Shown: in pieces, positions 30,370 through 40,795 of the stretch | Numbering within the stretch: the stretch's first letter is position 1 | Layout: each line of letters begins with the position of its first letter | From: Gemmatimonadota bacterium | Lineage (GTDB): Bacteria; Latescibacterota; UBA2968; UBA8231 | Direction of reading: 5' to 3' | Assembly (NCBI GenBank): GCA_038153405.1 | Contig: JAYOYH010000011.1 | Location: 47,560 to 111,559 of the forward strand | DNA length: 64,000 bases | Notes under the pieces: generated by a model | The model's input: only the letters and a program-made list of their open reading frames with translations | Database searches by the model: none | Told to the model about the DNA's origin: nothing | Made by a program: the position numbers and the translations under genes

Positions 30370-30749
30370 TAAGCGTCCTCGGCCTCGAAGACGATGACCT
30401 GTGCGACGAGCTTGCCGGCTTGGTTATTGCGCTCGGGATGCTCGTTCATCGCAAAGAATATGACGCCTTCCTCTTTACAGATAAAATCGCAGCGCGCGCC
30501 GATAGCAAAAGCCTCGCCGCTGCCTATCCGCGCAATGAGCGCACCGACGTTTGCCCCCGGCATGCGATAGCCCTCACCGGCGGGAAAGCGATAGAGCCCA
30601 TCCGCGCCGCACCAGGCAATTTGGTCGCGCATATCGGGCGACCATGTCTCTTCGGCATCGACGACAATCCGCTGTCCTTGCTTCACGCGGATCAGCGAGT
30701 CCTGCCATTGCGGACTCGGGCGTATTGTGCGCATAATAGTGACGGCCAT
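30369..30749 (-). CDS. LecA/PA-IL-like beta-sandwich protein
   Basis: WQDS.IRVKQGQ, GANVGALIARIG, FAMNE...N..G; TAGGAG RBS. Confidence 0.6.
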   Translation of the reverse strand: MAVTIMRTIRPSPQWQDSLIRVKQGQRIVVDAEETWSPDMRDQIAWCGADGLYRFPAGEGYRMPGANVGALIARIGSGEAFAIGARCDFICKEEGVIFFAMNEHPERNNQAGKLVAQVIVFEAEDA

Positions 30750-30876
30750 ACAATCTCCTAAGTGTACACGCGGTGTGCTTCCAATGCAGGGACAGTGATA
30801 ATTAAAAGACGGCCTCGAGGATGTCAACAAACGCGTGAACGACCCGCCCCATGCGCTCTGCGCGCAACGAGGTAGA

Positions 30877-31959
30877 ATGCCGATGAGTGGATTGGAAACA
30901 GACCTAAAGCTGCTGCGCGCCCTGCTGCAAATCCCCTGTCCCTCTGGACGAGAAGAGCGCATGGCCGACTTCGTATGCCAGTATATCGAGCAGATCGGAT
31001 TTACGGCCTATAGAGACGCGCAGGGCAATGCCTGGACCCTGGTGCCGGGACGCCACAGCGACGCAGGCGCCGTGGCCATGGCAAGCCATATGGATGAAAT
31101 TGCCATGGTCGTGCACGCCATTGAAGACGATGGCACGCTGCGCGTGCAGCGCAGCGGCGGCTTGCATCCTTGGAAGCTCGGCGAAGGCCCCGTAGTGCTG
31201 GTTGGCGACGGCGATAGCTTAGTACCCGCCCATCTCAGCTTCGGGTCCGGGCACACCAACGATCCAGACGATCCCATCGCACAGTTTGCCAGCGGCGCGC
31301 GCGGCCTGCAGTGGTCGCACTGCCATCTGATTACCGGCCTGACGCCCGACCAACTGCGCGCGCGCGGCGTGCGCGTGGGCACCTGCGCCGTGCCCGACAG
31401 CGCGGTGCGCGGACCCCACTTGCTGGGCCCACCAGAAGACCCGCTAGTCTCGGCGTGGATCCTCGACAATCGCGGCGGCACGCTAACGCTGCTGCGCCTG
31501 CTGGAAAAAATGCAGCGCAGCGGCCTGCAGCCCGCCCGTCCGCTCTACCTGTGCTTTATGGTGCAAGAAGAAGGCGGCCTGCTGGGCGCCAAGGGTTGGG
31601 CGCACCGCAATCCGGTCGAAACTTTTATCGCCGTCGATTCCTCGCCTATTCCGCGCGGCTCACAGCTGGCGCTGGACGGCCGCCCAGCCACTTGGTCCAA
31701 AGACTCGGGCGCCCACTTTCACCAAGGCCTTATCGGCGAGTTGGCCAGCGCTACGGCACGCGCCGGCAGCGAGCTCCAATACGCCGTCTACGGCGCTGCC
31801 GCCTCGGACGCCACTGGCGTGCTGCAGGCCGGCCTAGCGCCGCGCGCCGCTACAATCGGCTATCCGCGCGCTAATTCGCACGGCTACGAAGTATGCCGCC
31901 TGAGCGTATTTAGCCACCTCGTAGACACACTCTTCGCTTACCTAGAAGATCTAGCGTGA
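30877..31959 (+). CDS. M42 family metallopeptidase
   Basis: PSGRE, SHMDEI, LDNRGG, VQEEGGLLGA, NSHG. Confidence 0.85.
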   Translation: MPMSGLETDLKLLRALLQIPCPSGREERMADFVCQYIEQIGFTAYRDAQGNAWTLVPGRHSDAGAVAMASHMDEIAMVVHAIEDDGTLRVQRSGGLHPWKLGEGPVVLVGDGDSLVPAHLSFGSGHTNDPDDPIAQFASGARGLQWSHCHLITGLTPDQLRARGVRVGTCAVPDSAVRGPHLLGPPEDPLVSAWILDNRGGTLTLLRLLEKMQRSGLQPARPLYLCFMVQEEGGLLGAKGWAHRNPVETFIAVDSSPIPRGSQLALDGRPATWSKDSGAHFHQGLIGELASATARAGSELQYAVYGAAASDATGVLQAGLAPRAATIGYPRANSHGYEVCRLSVFSHLVDTLFAYLEDLA

Positions 31960-33323
31960 CCATCGATGCGCTTGATCAGCGGCGCATCGCCCTGCTCGGC
32001 TTCGGCGTAGAGAACCGCGCCCTAGGCCACTTTCTCAGCGCGCGCGGCATCTCTTTCTCCGTATGCGATGCCCGCCCACCCACTGAAGGCCTGCTGGCCG
32101 ACTGGCCGCAGGTGCAGCGCTGGCACACCGGTTCCTCATATCTAGACGAACTATCGCACTACGACCTACTCTTTCGCACGCCAGGCCTCAGCGCGCTGCA
32201 TCCGCGCCTGCGCCAGGCCGCAGCGCGCGGTGCCGACGTTTCGAGTCAGATGCAGCTATTTTTCTCCGCCTGCCCCAGCTCTCTGCTCGGCGTGACGGGA
32301 ACCAAAGGCAAGGGCACGACGACGACGCTATTGGCCGCTCTGCTCGGAGCAGACCCGGCTCGGCGCGTTTTCGTCGGTGGCAATATCGGCCAACCACCCA
32401 TCGCCTTCGTTAACGAACTGGGACCAGACGATCTAGTGCTGCTCGAGCTGTCTAGTTTTCAGCTGCAGGATCTGGCGCAGAGTCCGCACGTAGCGCTAGT
32501 GCTGTCGGTGACGCAGGACCACCTCGACTACCACGCCCACCGCAACGAGTACGTCGATGCCAAGCGCAACATAGCCCGCCACCAACAGCCAACGGACCTA
32601 CTTATAACCCACGCCGACTGCCCTACCGCACGCTCTTTTGCCGACGATTCCCCTGCGCAGCACTGGTCTTTTAGCGCCCGAGCGCCCGTAGAGCCCGGCG
32701 CGTGGATTGCGGGCAATCGTCTGTGCGTGCGCCTGCCCGGCCAACCAGCCGTCGAAGTCAGCCGCACCGAAGCGCTGCGGCTTCCGGGTCGCCACAACGC
32801 GGAAAACGCCTGCGCGGCCATCGCCGCGGCTGCGGCCGTCGGCATAGCGCCAGCATCCATGCAGGAGCCATTGGCCGACGTTGGCGGCCTGCCCCACCGC
32901 CTCGAATACCTAGGCGAGAGAGCGGGTATCGCCTACTATAACGACTCGCTAGCAACCACGCCCGATGCGGCCATCGCCGCACTGCGCGCCCTTGAACGAC
33001 CCATCGCCCTCATAGCCGGCGGCGCCGGCAAGGGAGCCGATTTTACCGAACTGGGGCACGCCATCGCCGCAAACACCATGCGGGGTGTGCTGTTGTTGGG
33101 AGAAGAGGCACTGCGCCTCGAAAGGGCGTTAGAAGCAGCCGGCTATGCAGGACCACTGCGGCACTGCGCCAGTATGGAAGATGCCGTGGAGTCGGCGCGC
33201 AGGTGGGCGCAGGCCGGCGACGCCGTGCTGCTGTCGCCAGCCTGCGCCAGCTTCGGCATGTTTGCCGACTACCGCGAGCGCGGCGAGCGTTTCAAGCGAG
33301 CGAGCGGCTTTGCCACCGACTAG
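31956..33323 (+). CDS. murD: UDP-MurNAc-L-Ala--D-glutamate ligase
   Basis: GTKGKGTTT, LELSSFQL, DHLDYH, LPHRLE, LLSPACASF. Confidence 0.96.
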   Translation: MTIDALDQRRIALLGFGVENRALGHFLSARGISFSVCDARPPTEGLLADWPQVQRWHTGSSYLDELSHYDLLFRTPGLSALHPRLRQAAARGADVSSQMQLFFSACPSSLLGVTGTKGKGTTTTLLAALLGADPARRVFVGGNIGQPPIAFVNELGPDDLVLLELSSFQLQDLAQSPHVALVLSVTQDHLDYHAHRNEYVDAKRNIARHQQPTDLLITHADCPTARSFADDSPAQHWSFSARAPVEPGAWIAGNRLCVRLPGQPAVEVSRTEALRLPGRHNAENACAAIAAAAAVGIAPASMQEPLADVGGLPHRLEYLGERAGIAYYNDSLATTPDAAIAALRALERPIALIAGGAGKGADFTELGHAIAANTMRGVLLLGEEALRLERALEAAGYAGPLRHCASMEDAVESARRWAQAGDAVLLSPACASFGMFADYRERGERFKRASGFATD

Positions 33324-33326
33324 GCG

Positions 33327-34118
33327 TCAGATGTTGTAGTGCAGCCCGCACTCTTTATTGTCGTCCACATCGTCCAGCTGATTGAACCAGCGCCAGCGGC
33401 CAGCGCGCTTGTCCTCGCCCGGGCGCACCGGCGTAGCGCAGATAATGCACCCAAATGAAGGGTACCCCTGTTCGTAGAGCGGGTGCGTTGGCACGTCGTT
33501 GTCGCGCACGTAGGCCTCCAAGCGCTCCTCGCTCCAATCGACCAGCGGATTGAGCTTGAGTAGTTTGCGCTGCGTGCCGTATTCGCCAATCAGTTCGGCT
33601 TTTTTTGCCGTGTCCTTGCGGTGCGCCGACTGATCCCAGCGCTGACCCGAAATCCAGCAATCGGCCGTCTTGAGCATTTCGTTGCGCGGCTTGGTTTTAC
33701 GCAAGTCACAGCAATGTTCCTGCTTTTCTTTCGAGTCGAAAAAAAGATATTCGCCAAATCGATCTATCATGCGCCGCAGATGCTCTTCTCGCGGCTGCCA
33801 CACTTCTATTTGGCATCCATAGCGCTCCTTGACTAAGTCCATGAAGGCATAGGTTTCAGGGTGTAGACGCAAGGTATCGAATGTGGCCAGTCGCAGGTCT
33901 ATTCCACCGCTGACGACCATGTGCAGCATGGCCATTCCCGTATTCTGAAAGCTGGTGGCCAAAACGGCGCGTCCGGGAAAGTTCTCACCGGCCCAACCCA
34001 GCGCGTCGGCGGCGTCCATACCATCCCAATCGACGCAGTCTATATCATTTTTTAGACGCTCGTTGTGCTCTTCCAAATTCTTGTTTTTCAATCTTTTACT
34101 CGTTCCATTGGCCGCCAT
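33327..34118 (-). CDS. cysH: Thioredoxin-dependent APS/PAPS reductase with Fe-S cysteines (APS-type)
   Basis: CCDLRK, GYPSFGCIIC, RAGRW, KECGLH. Confidence 0.9.
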   Translation of the reverse strand: MAANGTSKRLKNKNLEEHNERLKNDIDCVDWDGMDAADALGWAGENFPGRAVLATSFQNTGMAMLHMVVSGGIDLRLATFDTLRLHPETYAFMDLVKERYGCQIEVWQPREEHLRRMIDRFGEYLFFDSKEKQEHCCDLRKTKPRNEMLKTADCWISGQRWDQSAHRKDTAKKAELIGEYGTQRKLLKLNPLVDWSEERLEAYVRDNDVPTHPLYEQGYPSFGCIICATPVRPGEDKRAGRWRWFNQLDDVDDNKECGLHYNI

Positions 34119-34206
34119 TTTACCACTTAAAAACGGCCGATCATAGCACATATTGAACAAAGCATATAATATATAGTCAGGCACTCCTTCGCAAAGACAG
34201 ACAAGC

Positions 34207-34572
34207 ATGCAATCCTCGACGGCCCCACACGTGTTGTTTTGGGATGGCGACTGTGCGTTTTGCGGGCGCTGCGCCGCTTGGGCCTTGGCGCGCGGCGGCC
34301 GGACACTGCGCGCCGTTCCCTACCAGCAAGCAGCCGATCCGCCGATGGATGACGCACTGCGCCGTGCCTGCCGCCGCGCTGTGCACCTGCAATTGCCCGA
34401 CGGCCGACTGGAACGGGCTGGACGCGCCTGTCTAACGATCCTGCATCTGATCGGCTATCGACGCACGGCGTCCGTGCTGCGCCTCCGCCCTCTGGTCTGG
34501 TGTGTCGAGTGCGGCTACTGGGTTGTGGCGCGCTATCGCGCATTCTTTTCCCGCTTGCTGTTTCGCACCTAG
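34207..34572 (+). CDS. DCC1-like (DUF393) thiol-disulfide oxidoreductase
   Basis: LFWDGDCAFC, GYWVVARYR. Confidence 0.85.
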   Translation: MQSSTAPHVLFWDGDCAFCGRCAAWALARGGRTLRAVPYQQAADPPMDDALRRACRRAVHLQLPDGRLERAGRACLTILHLIGYRRTASVLRLRPLVWCVECGYWVVARYRAFFSRLLFRT

Positions 34573-34622
34573 CGCGCAGCACGCCAATATACGCGTGATA
34601 GCGAGCACATAAATTGAGCTAA

Positions 34623-36854
34623 ATGAAATACTTAATAGAGCCTGCCAGCGCACAGGTCGAAGCAGCCTTCGCCGCAACCCTCGATGCGGACGAAACGCTT
34701 CTCGTGCGCGCGGCGTGCGACATCGACGAGAGCGGACGCTTTGGGCGCCGGTGGTTGGCCCTTACACAACGTCGCGTGCTCATCGCTTCGGACGAGCCAG
34801 CACATATCCAGTCCGTGCCCCTTGTCGACATAAGCGACAGCCGCACCGAAACGCTGGTCGGTGGCAGCCGTCTGGAAATCGAGCGCACCCATGCACCGAC
34901 GATCTATATCTACTATAGCCGGTCGCAAGCGGATACGTTTTCAGAAGTAGCGCGCGGCTTAGAGCAGCTCTGCAAAGGGGATGAGCTCCTCATCAATACA
35001 GAGCCCGACTGCCTGCGCTGCCCGCAGTGCAGACGCCTGTTGCCAGAGAAAAATGGCCTCTGCCCAGCCTGTATTAAGAAGGGCGATACCCTCAAGCGCA
35101 TCGCCAGCTACCTGATACCCTACAAGAGCAAAGCCTTAACACTGGCGCTATCGTCCGCGGCCATGACAGTAGCCGAATTGGTGCCTCCACTCGTAACCAA
35201 GCACATCGTCGACGACGTGCTGGTACCCGCTGCCGACAGCGCGGCGACCATCGACGAGCGGCTGTCCTTGCTCGGCTGGCTGGTATTGGCCCTAGTCGGT
35301 CTACGCGTGCTGAGTTGGGGGGCCGAATGGGTGCACGGCTGGATCATGTCGTGGCTCGGCGCCCAAGTGACGGCCGACATTCGCTCGCAGCTCTACCAGC
35401 GACTGGAGATGCTCTCGCTGCAGTTTTACGACAAGCGCAAGGTCGGTGCGCTGATTTCGCGCGCTACGCGCGATGCCGGCATGCTGCAAGAATTTCTCGT
35501 CAACGGACTGCCCTACCTCATCATCAACGGGCTCATGGTGCTGGGCATCTTCGCTTTTCTGCTGTGGATGAGCCCCACTCTGAGCCTGTATATCATGCTG
35601 CCCGTGCCGGTGCTGATGATTTGGGGCGTCGTGTTCTGGAAACGCATGCGCGGCTACTTCAACCAGTGGGGACAAGTTTGGTCCAACCTGACCGACCGCA
35701 CGGTCGAGGCCCTGACCGGCATTCGCGTCGTCAAGGCCTTTGCCCAAGAGCAGCGCGAGATGGCGGCCTTCGCCAAGCACAATCATCGCCTGCGCGAAGT
35801 GGCGGTTCGCACCGCGCTCAACCGGGGCATTTTTTTTGCGACCATCACTTTTCTAACCGGCCTGGGTATGCTCATGGTCTGGCTATTTGGCGGTCAGCAG
35901 GTTCTCAAAAACGAGATAACCCTCGGCACGCTGCTGGCTTTCTATTCGTATATGTGGCTGTTCTATGGCCCATTGGAGTGGTTTGGCCAAGTCAACGATT
36001 GGATGAGCCGCGCCTTTGCCGGAGCCGAACGCATTTTTGAAGTCATCGACACCGACCCGGAAGCATACGAAAATCCACATGCCGTGCGCATGCCGCGCAT
36101 GGAGGGCGCAATACGCTTTCGCGACGTGCGCTTTGGCTACGACAAGAGCAAGCCCGTTTTGAAGGGCATTGACCTGGAGCTCAAGCCGGGTGAGATGATC
36201 GGCTTAGTCGGCCGCTCCGGCGTGGGTAAAACGACCACCATCAACCTCATCGCCCGGTTCTACGACGCCGACCACGGCGCGATTGAAATTGATGGAATCG
36301 ATATTCGCCACATCCACCTGCGCGACCTGCGTTCGCAAATTGGCATCGTCCTGCAGGAACCCGTGCTGTTCTCCGGCACCATCGCCGATAATATTGGCTA
36401 CGGAAAGCCGGGCGCCGCGTTTGCAGAGATTATGGACGCGGCGCGCGCGGCCAACGCACACGACTTTATTATCAACAAAGTGGACGGCTACGAAACCCAG
36501 GTCGGCGAAAAGGGCGCCGGCCTGTCCGGCGGCGAGCGCCAGCGCATCTCCATTGCGCGCGCTATTTTACACGATCCGCGCATTCTCATACTCGACGAGG
36601 CCACTGCCTCGGTCGACGTGCAAACGGAAAAGCTGATCCAAGAGGCCATGGGGCGTCTCGCCAGGGGACGCACCACCATTTCCATCGCCCACCGCCTCTC
36701 CACCCTGCGCGAAGCCGACCGCCTCATCGTGTTGGAAGAGGGCCGCATCGTCGAGCAGGGCAGCCACGCCGAACTCATGCAACGGCGCGGCCCATTCTAC
36801 GACCTGGTGCAGCTGCAGCAAGCCGTGGCGCAGATCATCGCCGTCGGAGAATGA
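34623..36854 (+). CDS. ABC exporter (TMD-NBD) with N-terminal extension and CxxC..CPxC motif
   Basis: GRSGVGKT, LSGGERQR, LDEATA, AHRLST. Confidence 0.93.
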   Translation: MKYLIEPASAQVEAAFAATLDADETLLVRAACDIDESGRFGRRWLALTQRRVLIASDEPAHIQSVPLVDISDSRTETLVGGSRLEIERTHAPTIYIYYSRSQADTFSEVARGLEQLCKGDELLINTEPDCLRCPQCRRLLPEKNGLCPACIKKGDTLKRIASYLIPYKSKALTLALSSAAMTVAELVPPLVTKHIVDDVLVPAADSAATIDERLSLLGWLVLALVGLRVLSWGAEWVHGWIMSWLGAQVTADIRSQLYQRLEMLSLQFYDKRKVGALISRATRDAGMLQEFLVNGLPYLIINGLMVLGIFAFLLWMSPTLSLYIMLPVPVLMIWGVVFWKRMRGYFNQWGQVWSNLTDRTVEALTGIRVVKAFAQEQREMAAFAKHNHRLREVAVRTALNRGIFFATITFLTGLGMLMVWLFGGQQVLKNEITLGTLLAFYSYMWLFYGPLEWFGQVNDWMSRAFAGAERIFEVIDTDPEAYENPHAVRMPRMEGAIRFRDVRFGYDKSKPVLKGIDLELKPGEMIGLVGRSGVGKTTTINLIARFYDADHGAIEIDGIDIRHIHLRDLRSQIGIVLQEPVLFSGTIADNIGYGKPGAAFAEIMDAARAANAHDFIINKVDGYETQVGEKGAGLSGGERQRISIARAILHDPRILILDEATASVDVQTEKLIQEAMGRLARGRTTISIAHRLSTLREADRLIVLEEGRIVEQGSHAELMQRRGPFYDLVQLQQAVAQIIAVGE

Positions 36855-39067
36855 CCGTGTCCCATTTCGTCGAAGAGTTGCCGAAAACAGCCGCCGATAA
36901 GGTAGGTGCAGCCAAGGGGCCGGACGAATGCGTGGTAATCCAGGTGGCCACCGACATGGCCGGGCGCGGACGCTTTTCCGAGCGCTTTCTCGTGGTCACC
37001 TCCCAACGCCTGCTCGTGCTCGGCCCCGACGACAGCGGCGACGACGTGCAGGTGGCCATGAGCCAGATCAAAACAGTGCGCATCGAGGCGCTAGTCGGCG
37101 GTGGCCGACTCGAGGTTGAGCGCAGAGAAAGCGAACCCGTCCACCTCTATTATTCCAACTCGCTGACGCCGAAGTTCGCCGAAGTGGCCGAGGGCATCAA
37201 CCTGCTCTTGGAAGGCGAAGATCCCAACCTGCCGCTTCAGCTCGACCGGACGCACTGCGCCGCATGCCAGCGTCTGCTGCCGGAAAAAGGCGGCATCTGC
37301 CCGGCGTGCATCAAAAAGAGCGACACGCTCAAGCGCCTGCTGAGCTATGTGGTGCCCTATAAAGGACGCGCGCTGCTGCTCGTCGCCCTGACCCTGTTCA
37401 CTTCGCTTATCGAATTAGCACCGCCTTATATCGCCAAACACATCATCGACGACGTCCTCACCGCCCAAGGCGGGGTCGACCTACTCTACCTCTACGTCGG
37501 CATGCTCCTTACTCTGGCCATTGTCCGCTGGGTTGGCAACGTAGTGCGGCGCTGGCTCAATACCTGGGTCGGCTTTCGCGCCATTGCCGATTTGCGCGCC
37601 GATTTGTTTCGCGCCATGCAGTTTCTGCCGCTGCGCTTTTACGACAAGCGCAAGGTCGGCTCGTTGATCTCTCGCATGAACAACGATTCTGATCTAGTCG
37701 AAGTATACCTGATATTCGACGCACCCTTTATTCTGTCGAACGCGACGATGATCGTCGGCATTCTCGCCCTGCTCTTTTACATGGACTGGCAGTTAACGCT
37801 CTACGTGCTGCTGCCGGTACCGCCCATCGTCCTGGGCTCCAGCCTAATCTGGAACCGCATGCAGGGTTATTGGCGCCGCTGGGGTGCGCGCTGGTCGCGT
37901 CTGTCGACTCATCTGAACGAATCGATTGCCGGTATCCGCATCGTCAAAGCCTTCGCCCAAGAATCGCGCGAGAGCGCGCGCTTTGACCGCCACAACCACG
38001 CCCTGCGCAACATCAGCGTCAGCGCCGAACGCTCTTGGCTGGTATTTTTCATGATCACCAACTTTTTCATGAGTTTCGGTGCGTTTTTCGTGTGGTACTT
38101 CGGCGGTGTACAGATTCTCGAAGGCCGGCTGCAGCTCGGCGCGCTAATGGCTTTTATTTCCTACCTATGGATGCTCTACCAGCCGCTCAAGTGGTTTGGC
38201 GATTTTTACAGCTTTATGGTGCGCGCCTTTGCCGGCGCCGAGCGCATCTTCGAGGTGATAGACGCCCGCGCTGAGCCCTTTGGAGACGCCGACGCACTGC
38301 CCATGCCGGACATACGCGGACACGTGCATTTCAAAAAAGCAGCCTTTGCCTACGACCCCGGGAAAATCGTGCTACGCGATATTGACCTCGAAGTGCAGCC
38401 GGGTGAAATGATCGGTTTAGTGGGTCGTTCGGGCGTGGGCAAGAGCACGCTCATCAACCTTATTATGCGCTTTTACGAAGCCAGCCGCGGCTGCGTGGAA
38501 ATCGACGGCATCGACATTCGCACGATCCGTTTGGAGAACCTGCGCTCGCAGATTGGCCTGGTCGCCCAACAGTCGTTTTTATTTAACGGCACCATCGCCG
38601 ACAACATCGCCTATGGCAAGCCCGGCGCTTCATTTGAAGAAATCCTGCGCGCCGCGCGCGCAGCCAACGCACACGAATTTATCGTCAATAAAATTGATGG
38701 GTACGACATGATCGTAGGCGAGCAGGGAAACAAGCTATCGGGCGGCGAAAAGCAGCGCATAGCCATAGCGCGCGCCATCCTACACGATCCCAAAATTCTC
38801 ATACTCGACGAGGCGACGTCCTCGCTGGACACCCCGACCGAAAAGAAAATTCAGGAGGCTATCGCCCGCCTGATAAAGGGGCGCACGACCTTTGCCATCG
38901 CCCACCGACTATCGACCCTGCGCAGCGCCGACCGACTCGTCGTGCTCGACGCGGGTAAAATCGCCGAAGTCGGCACGCACGAAGAGTTGATGGCGCGACG
39001 GGGAATCTTTTATAATTTGGTGCAGACCCAGCAGGCCACATCGGCCGTTATGGCTACGGAGAACTGA
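36851..39067 (+). CDS. ABC exporter (TMD-NBD), paralog of the preceding gene
   Basis: GRSGVGKS, LSGGEKQR, LDEATS; CAACQRLLPEKGGICPAC. Confidence 0.93.
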   Translation: MTVSHFVEELPKTAADKVGAAKGPDECVVIQVATDMAGRGRFSERFLVVTSQRLLVLGPDDSGDDVQVAMSQIKTVRIEALVGGGRLEVERRESEPVHLYYSNSLTPKFAEVAEGINLLLEGEDPNLPLQLDRTHCAACQRLLPEKGGICPACIKKSDTLKRLLSYVVPYKGRALLLVALTLFTSLIELAPPYIAKHIIDDVLTAQGGVDLLYLYVGMLLTLAIVRWVGNVVRRWLNTWVGFRAIADLRADLFRAMQFLPLRFYDKRKVGSLISRMNNDSDLVEVYLIFDAPFILSNATMIVGILALLFYMDWQLTLYVLLPVPPIVLGSSLIWNRMQGYWRRWGARWSRLSTHLNESIAGIRIVKAFAQESRESARFDRHNHALRNISVSAERSWLVFFMITNFFMSFGAFFVWYFGGVQILEGRLQLGALMAFISYLWMLYQPLKWFGDFYSFMVRAFAGAERIFEVIDARAEPFGDADALPMPDIRGHVHFKKAAFAYDPGKIVLRDIDLEVQPGEMIGLVGRSGVGKSTLINLIMRFYEASRGCVEIDGIDIRTIRLENLRSQIGLVAQQSFLFNGTIADNIAYGKPGASFEEILRAARAANAHEFIVNKIDGYDMIVGEQGNKLSGGEKQRIAIARAILHDPKILILDEATSSLDTPTEKKIQEAIARLIKGRTTFAIAHRLSTLRSADRLVVLDAGKIAEVGTHEELMARRGIFYNLVQTQQATSAVMATEN

Positions 39068-39070
39068 GCA

Positions 39071-39622
39071 ATGGCTGCAGACAGTGCGGATAGTGCGGAG
39101 AAGAAAGATCCGGTTATTACACCCATAACGGTGACGCATCCCGAACAGGTAGACGTCGAGACGCTGCGCCTCTTTCGCGAACCAGCGTGGACGCTGCGCC
39201 TAACTATTGGAGAGGATCGATCGTATACGCGCGTCAAGATCGTGCGCGCCGCGCCGCTCTCGCACCCCGACCAATACATTTCCTTCCTCGACGCCAAAGA
39301 CGAGGAAATCTGCATGGTTGACGACCTCAAGCAAATGGACGACGCGGCGCGCAGCATTATCAAAGAGGAGTTGGATCGGCGCTACCTCACCTCGACCGTA
39401 CAGCGCGTTGAGTCCATACGCAATGAATTTGGCACCTCGTATTGGGACGTGCAGACCGATCGCGGACAGCGCGAGTTTGTAGTGCAGAACGTAGCGGAAA
39501 ATGCCCAGTGGCTCGGCGACCACCGCCTGCTGATCATTGACGTAGACGGCAATCGCTTTGAGATACCGCATTTAGAAGCGCTAGACAAACGCAGTTTGAG
39601 CATGGTCGAGCAGGTGCTCTAA
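39071..39622 (+). CDS. DUF1854 domain protein
   Basis: RAAPLSHPDQYIS, EELDRRY, WDVQTDRG, DVDGNRF. Confidence 0.85.
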   Translation: MAADSADSAEKKDPVITPITVTHPEQVDVETLRLFREPAWTLRLTIGEDRSYTRVKIVRAAPLSHPDQYISFLDAKDEEICMVDDLKQMDDAARSIIKEELDRRYLTSTVQRVESIRNEFGTSYWDVQTDRGQREFVVQNVAENAQWLGDHRLLIIDVDGNRFEIPHLEALDKRSLSMVEQVL

Positions 39623-39643
39623 CTGCCGCACAGCCCGCACTAT

Positions 39644-40795
39644 CTAGCGCGATACCGCCTCTCGCAGAATCTCTAAGTAGCGCTCGCCATAGCCTTCGTA
39701 TTCCAAGCCCTCGCTGTACATCTGACCGGTATCGCTGTCGTCTATAGCAGTGGCTGGAGCGCGAACGACCGGCTCAATCTGCGTATCCTCGTGCCACTCG
39801 TTCCACGACGTGATCAGCAGCATATGGCCGGTCGAATCGTCGGTGTAGTCGACGGCCTGTTCCAGCATGGCGCGGAACAGCGAGCCAAATTCGGCCTCTG
39901 CGTCGAGCTTGCGCGACGTGGCGGCATGCCCCTCGCGCACGCCCTTGTCGTTAAAGCCCGGAGTAGCCGCTGGAATAAAAGCCGCACCGGCCGCATGCGC
40001 CCTTTCGCGCCAGCGCGCCTGCGCGGCGTAATAGCGATCGACCGCAGCCTGGCCGACGTAGCCGTTGGCGCCCATGCTGCCGTAGACGTCGTAGTTGGTC
40101 ACCGCATCGAGCAGATCTAACGCATCGGCCGTAGCCGGGGGCTGGCCGAATACGTGGTCACCGACGATATAGAGTTCGTGCCCGGCTTGCGCAGCGGCCG
40201 CGCGCATCGCGCCAATAAACTGCCCCAGCGTGCCGTTGCGCGACAGCACGCGCGTCAGATAGACAAAGAGCACCGGTTTTCCATCGATGCGCAAATAGTT
40301 AGGGTGATCAAAGTACCGTTCGGACATATAGGCCACATCGGGACCAACCGCGTCGAATTCGACGAAGTTTTGCGTGCGGCCCGTAGTCTCGTAGAACAGC
40401 GCGATGCGCATATCGCCCAAATCGGGATGCGGCAGCACGGTCTCCAAGAGCGTTCGGTCCTCGCGCTTGTCCGGCCCCCACCAGCTGGCCACCCATAGCG
40501 ATATGCGCGCCTGCCGACTCCAGTCCAGATGCTGTGCCACTACGGCGCTTTCGCGGTCGTCGTACTCGCCCAGTGCCGGATACTGCGGCGGCACGAGGTG
40601 TTCGCGCAGATAGCGCCCTCCGTGAAAATCGCCGCCGTACCACGGATAGTAATAGACACCCACCGCGTAGGGCGATGATCCATTCTCTTCGCTGCGCATC
40701 GCATCTTCTCCGCTGCAGGAAACGGCAACTGCCGCAAGCAGCACTAGGGCATAGAGCGCATTGGCCCTGCAGCGCGCACCCGTGCAGGCGTTCAT
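39644..40795 (-). CDS. GH99/GH71-like glycoside hydrolase, probable lipoprotein
   Basis: AVSC lipobox, YYYPWY, SWWG, YLRIDGKP, TSWNEWHEDTQIEP. Confidence 0.8.
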   Translation of the reverse strand: MNACTGARCRANALYALVLLAAVAVSCSGEDAMRSEENGSSPYAVGVYYYPWYGGDFHGGRYLREHLVPPQYPALGEYDDRESAVVAQHLDWSRQARISLWVASWWGPDKREDRTLLETVLPHPDLGDMRIALFYETTGRTQNFVEFDAVGPDVAYMSERYFDHPNYLRIDGKPVLFVYLTRVLSRNGTLGQFIGAMRAAAAQAGHELYIVGDHVFGQPPATADALDLLDAVTNYDVYGSMGANGYVGQAAVDRYYAAQARWRERAHAAGAAFIPAATPGFNDKGVREGHAATSRKLDAEAEFGSLFRAMLEQAVDYTDDSTGHMLLITSWNEWHEDTQIEPVVRAPATAIDDSDTGQMYSEGLEYEGYGERYLEILREAVSR

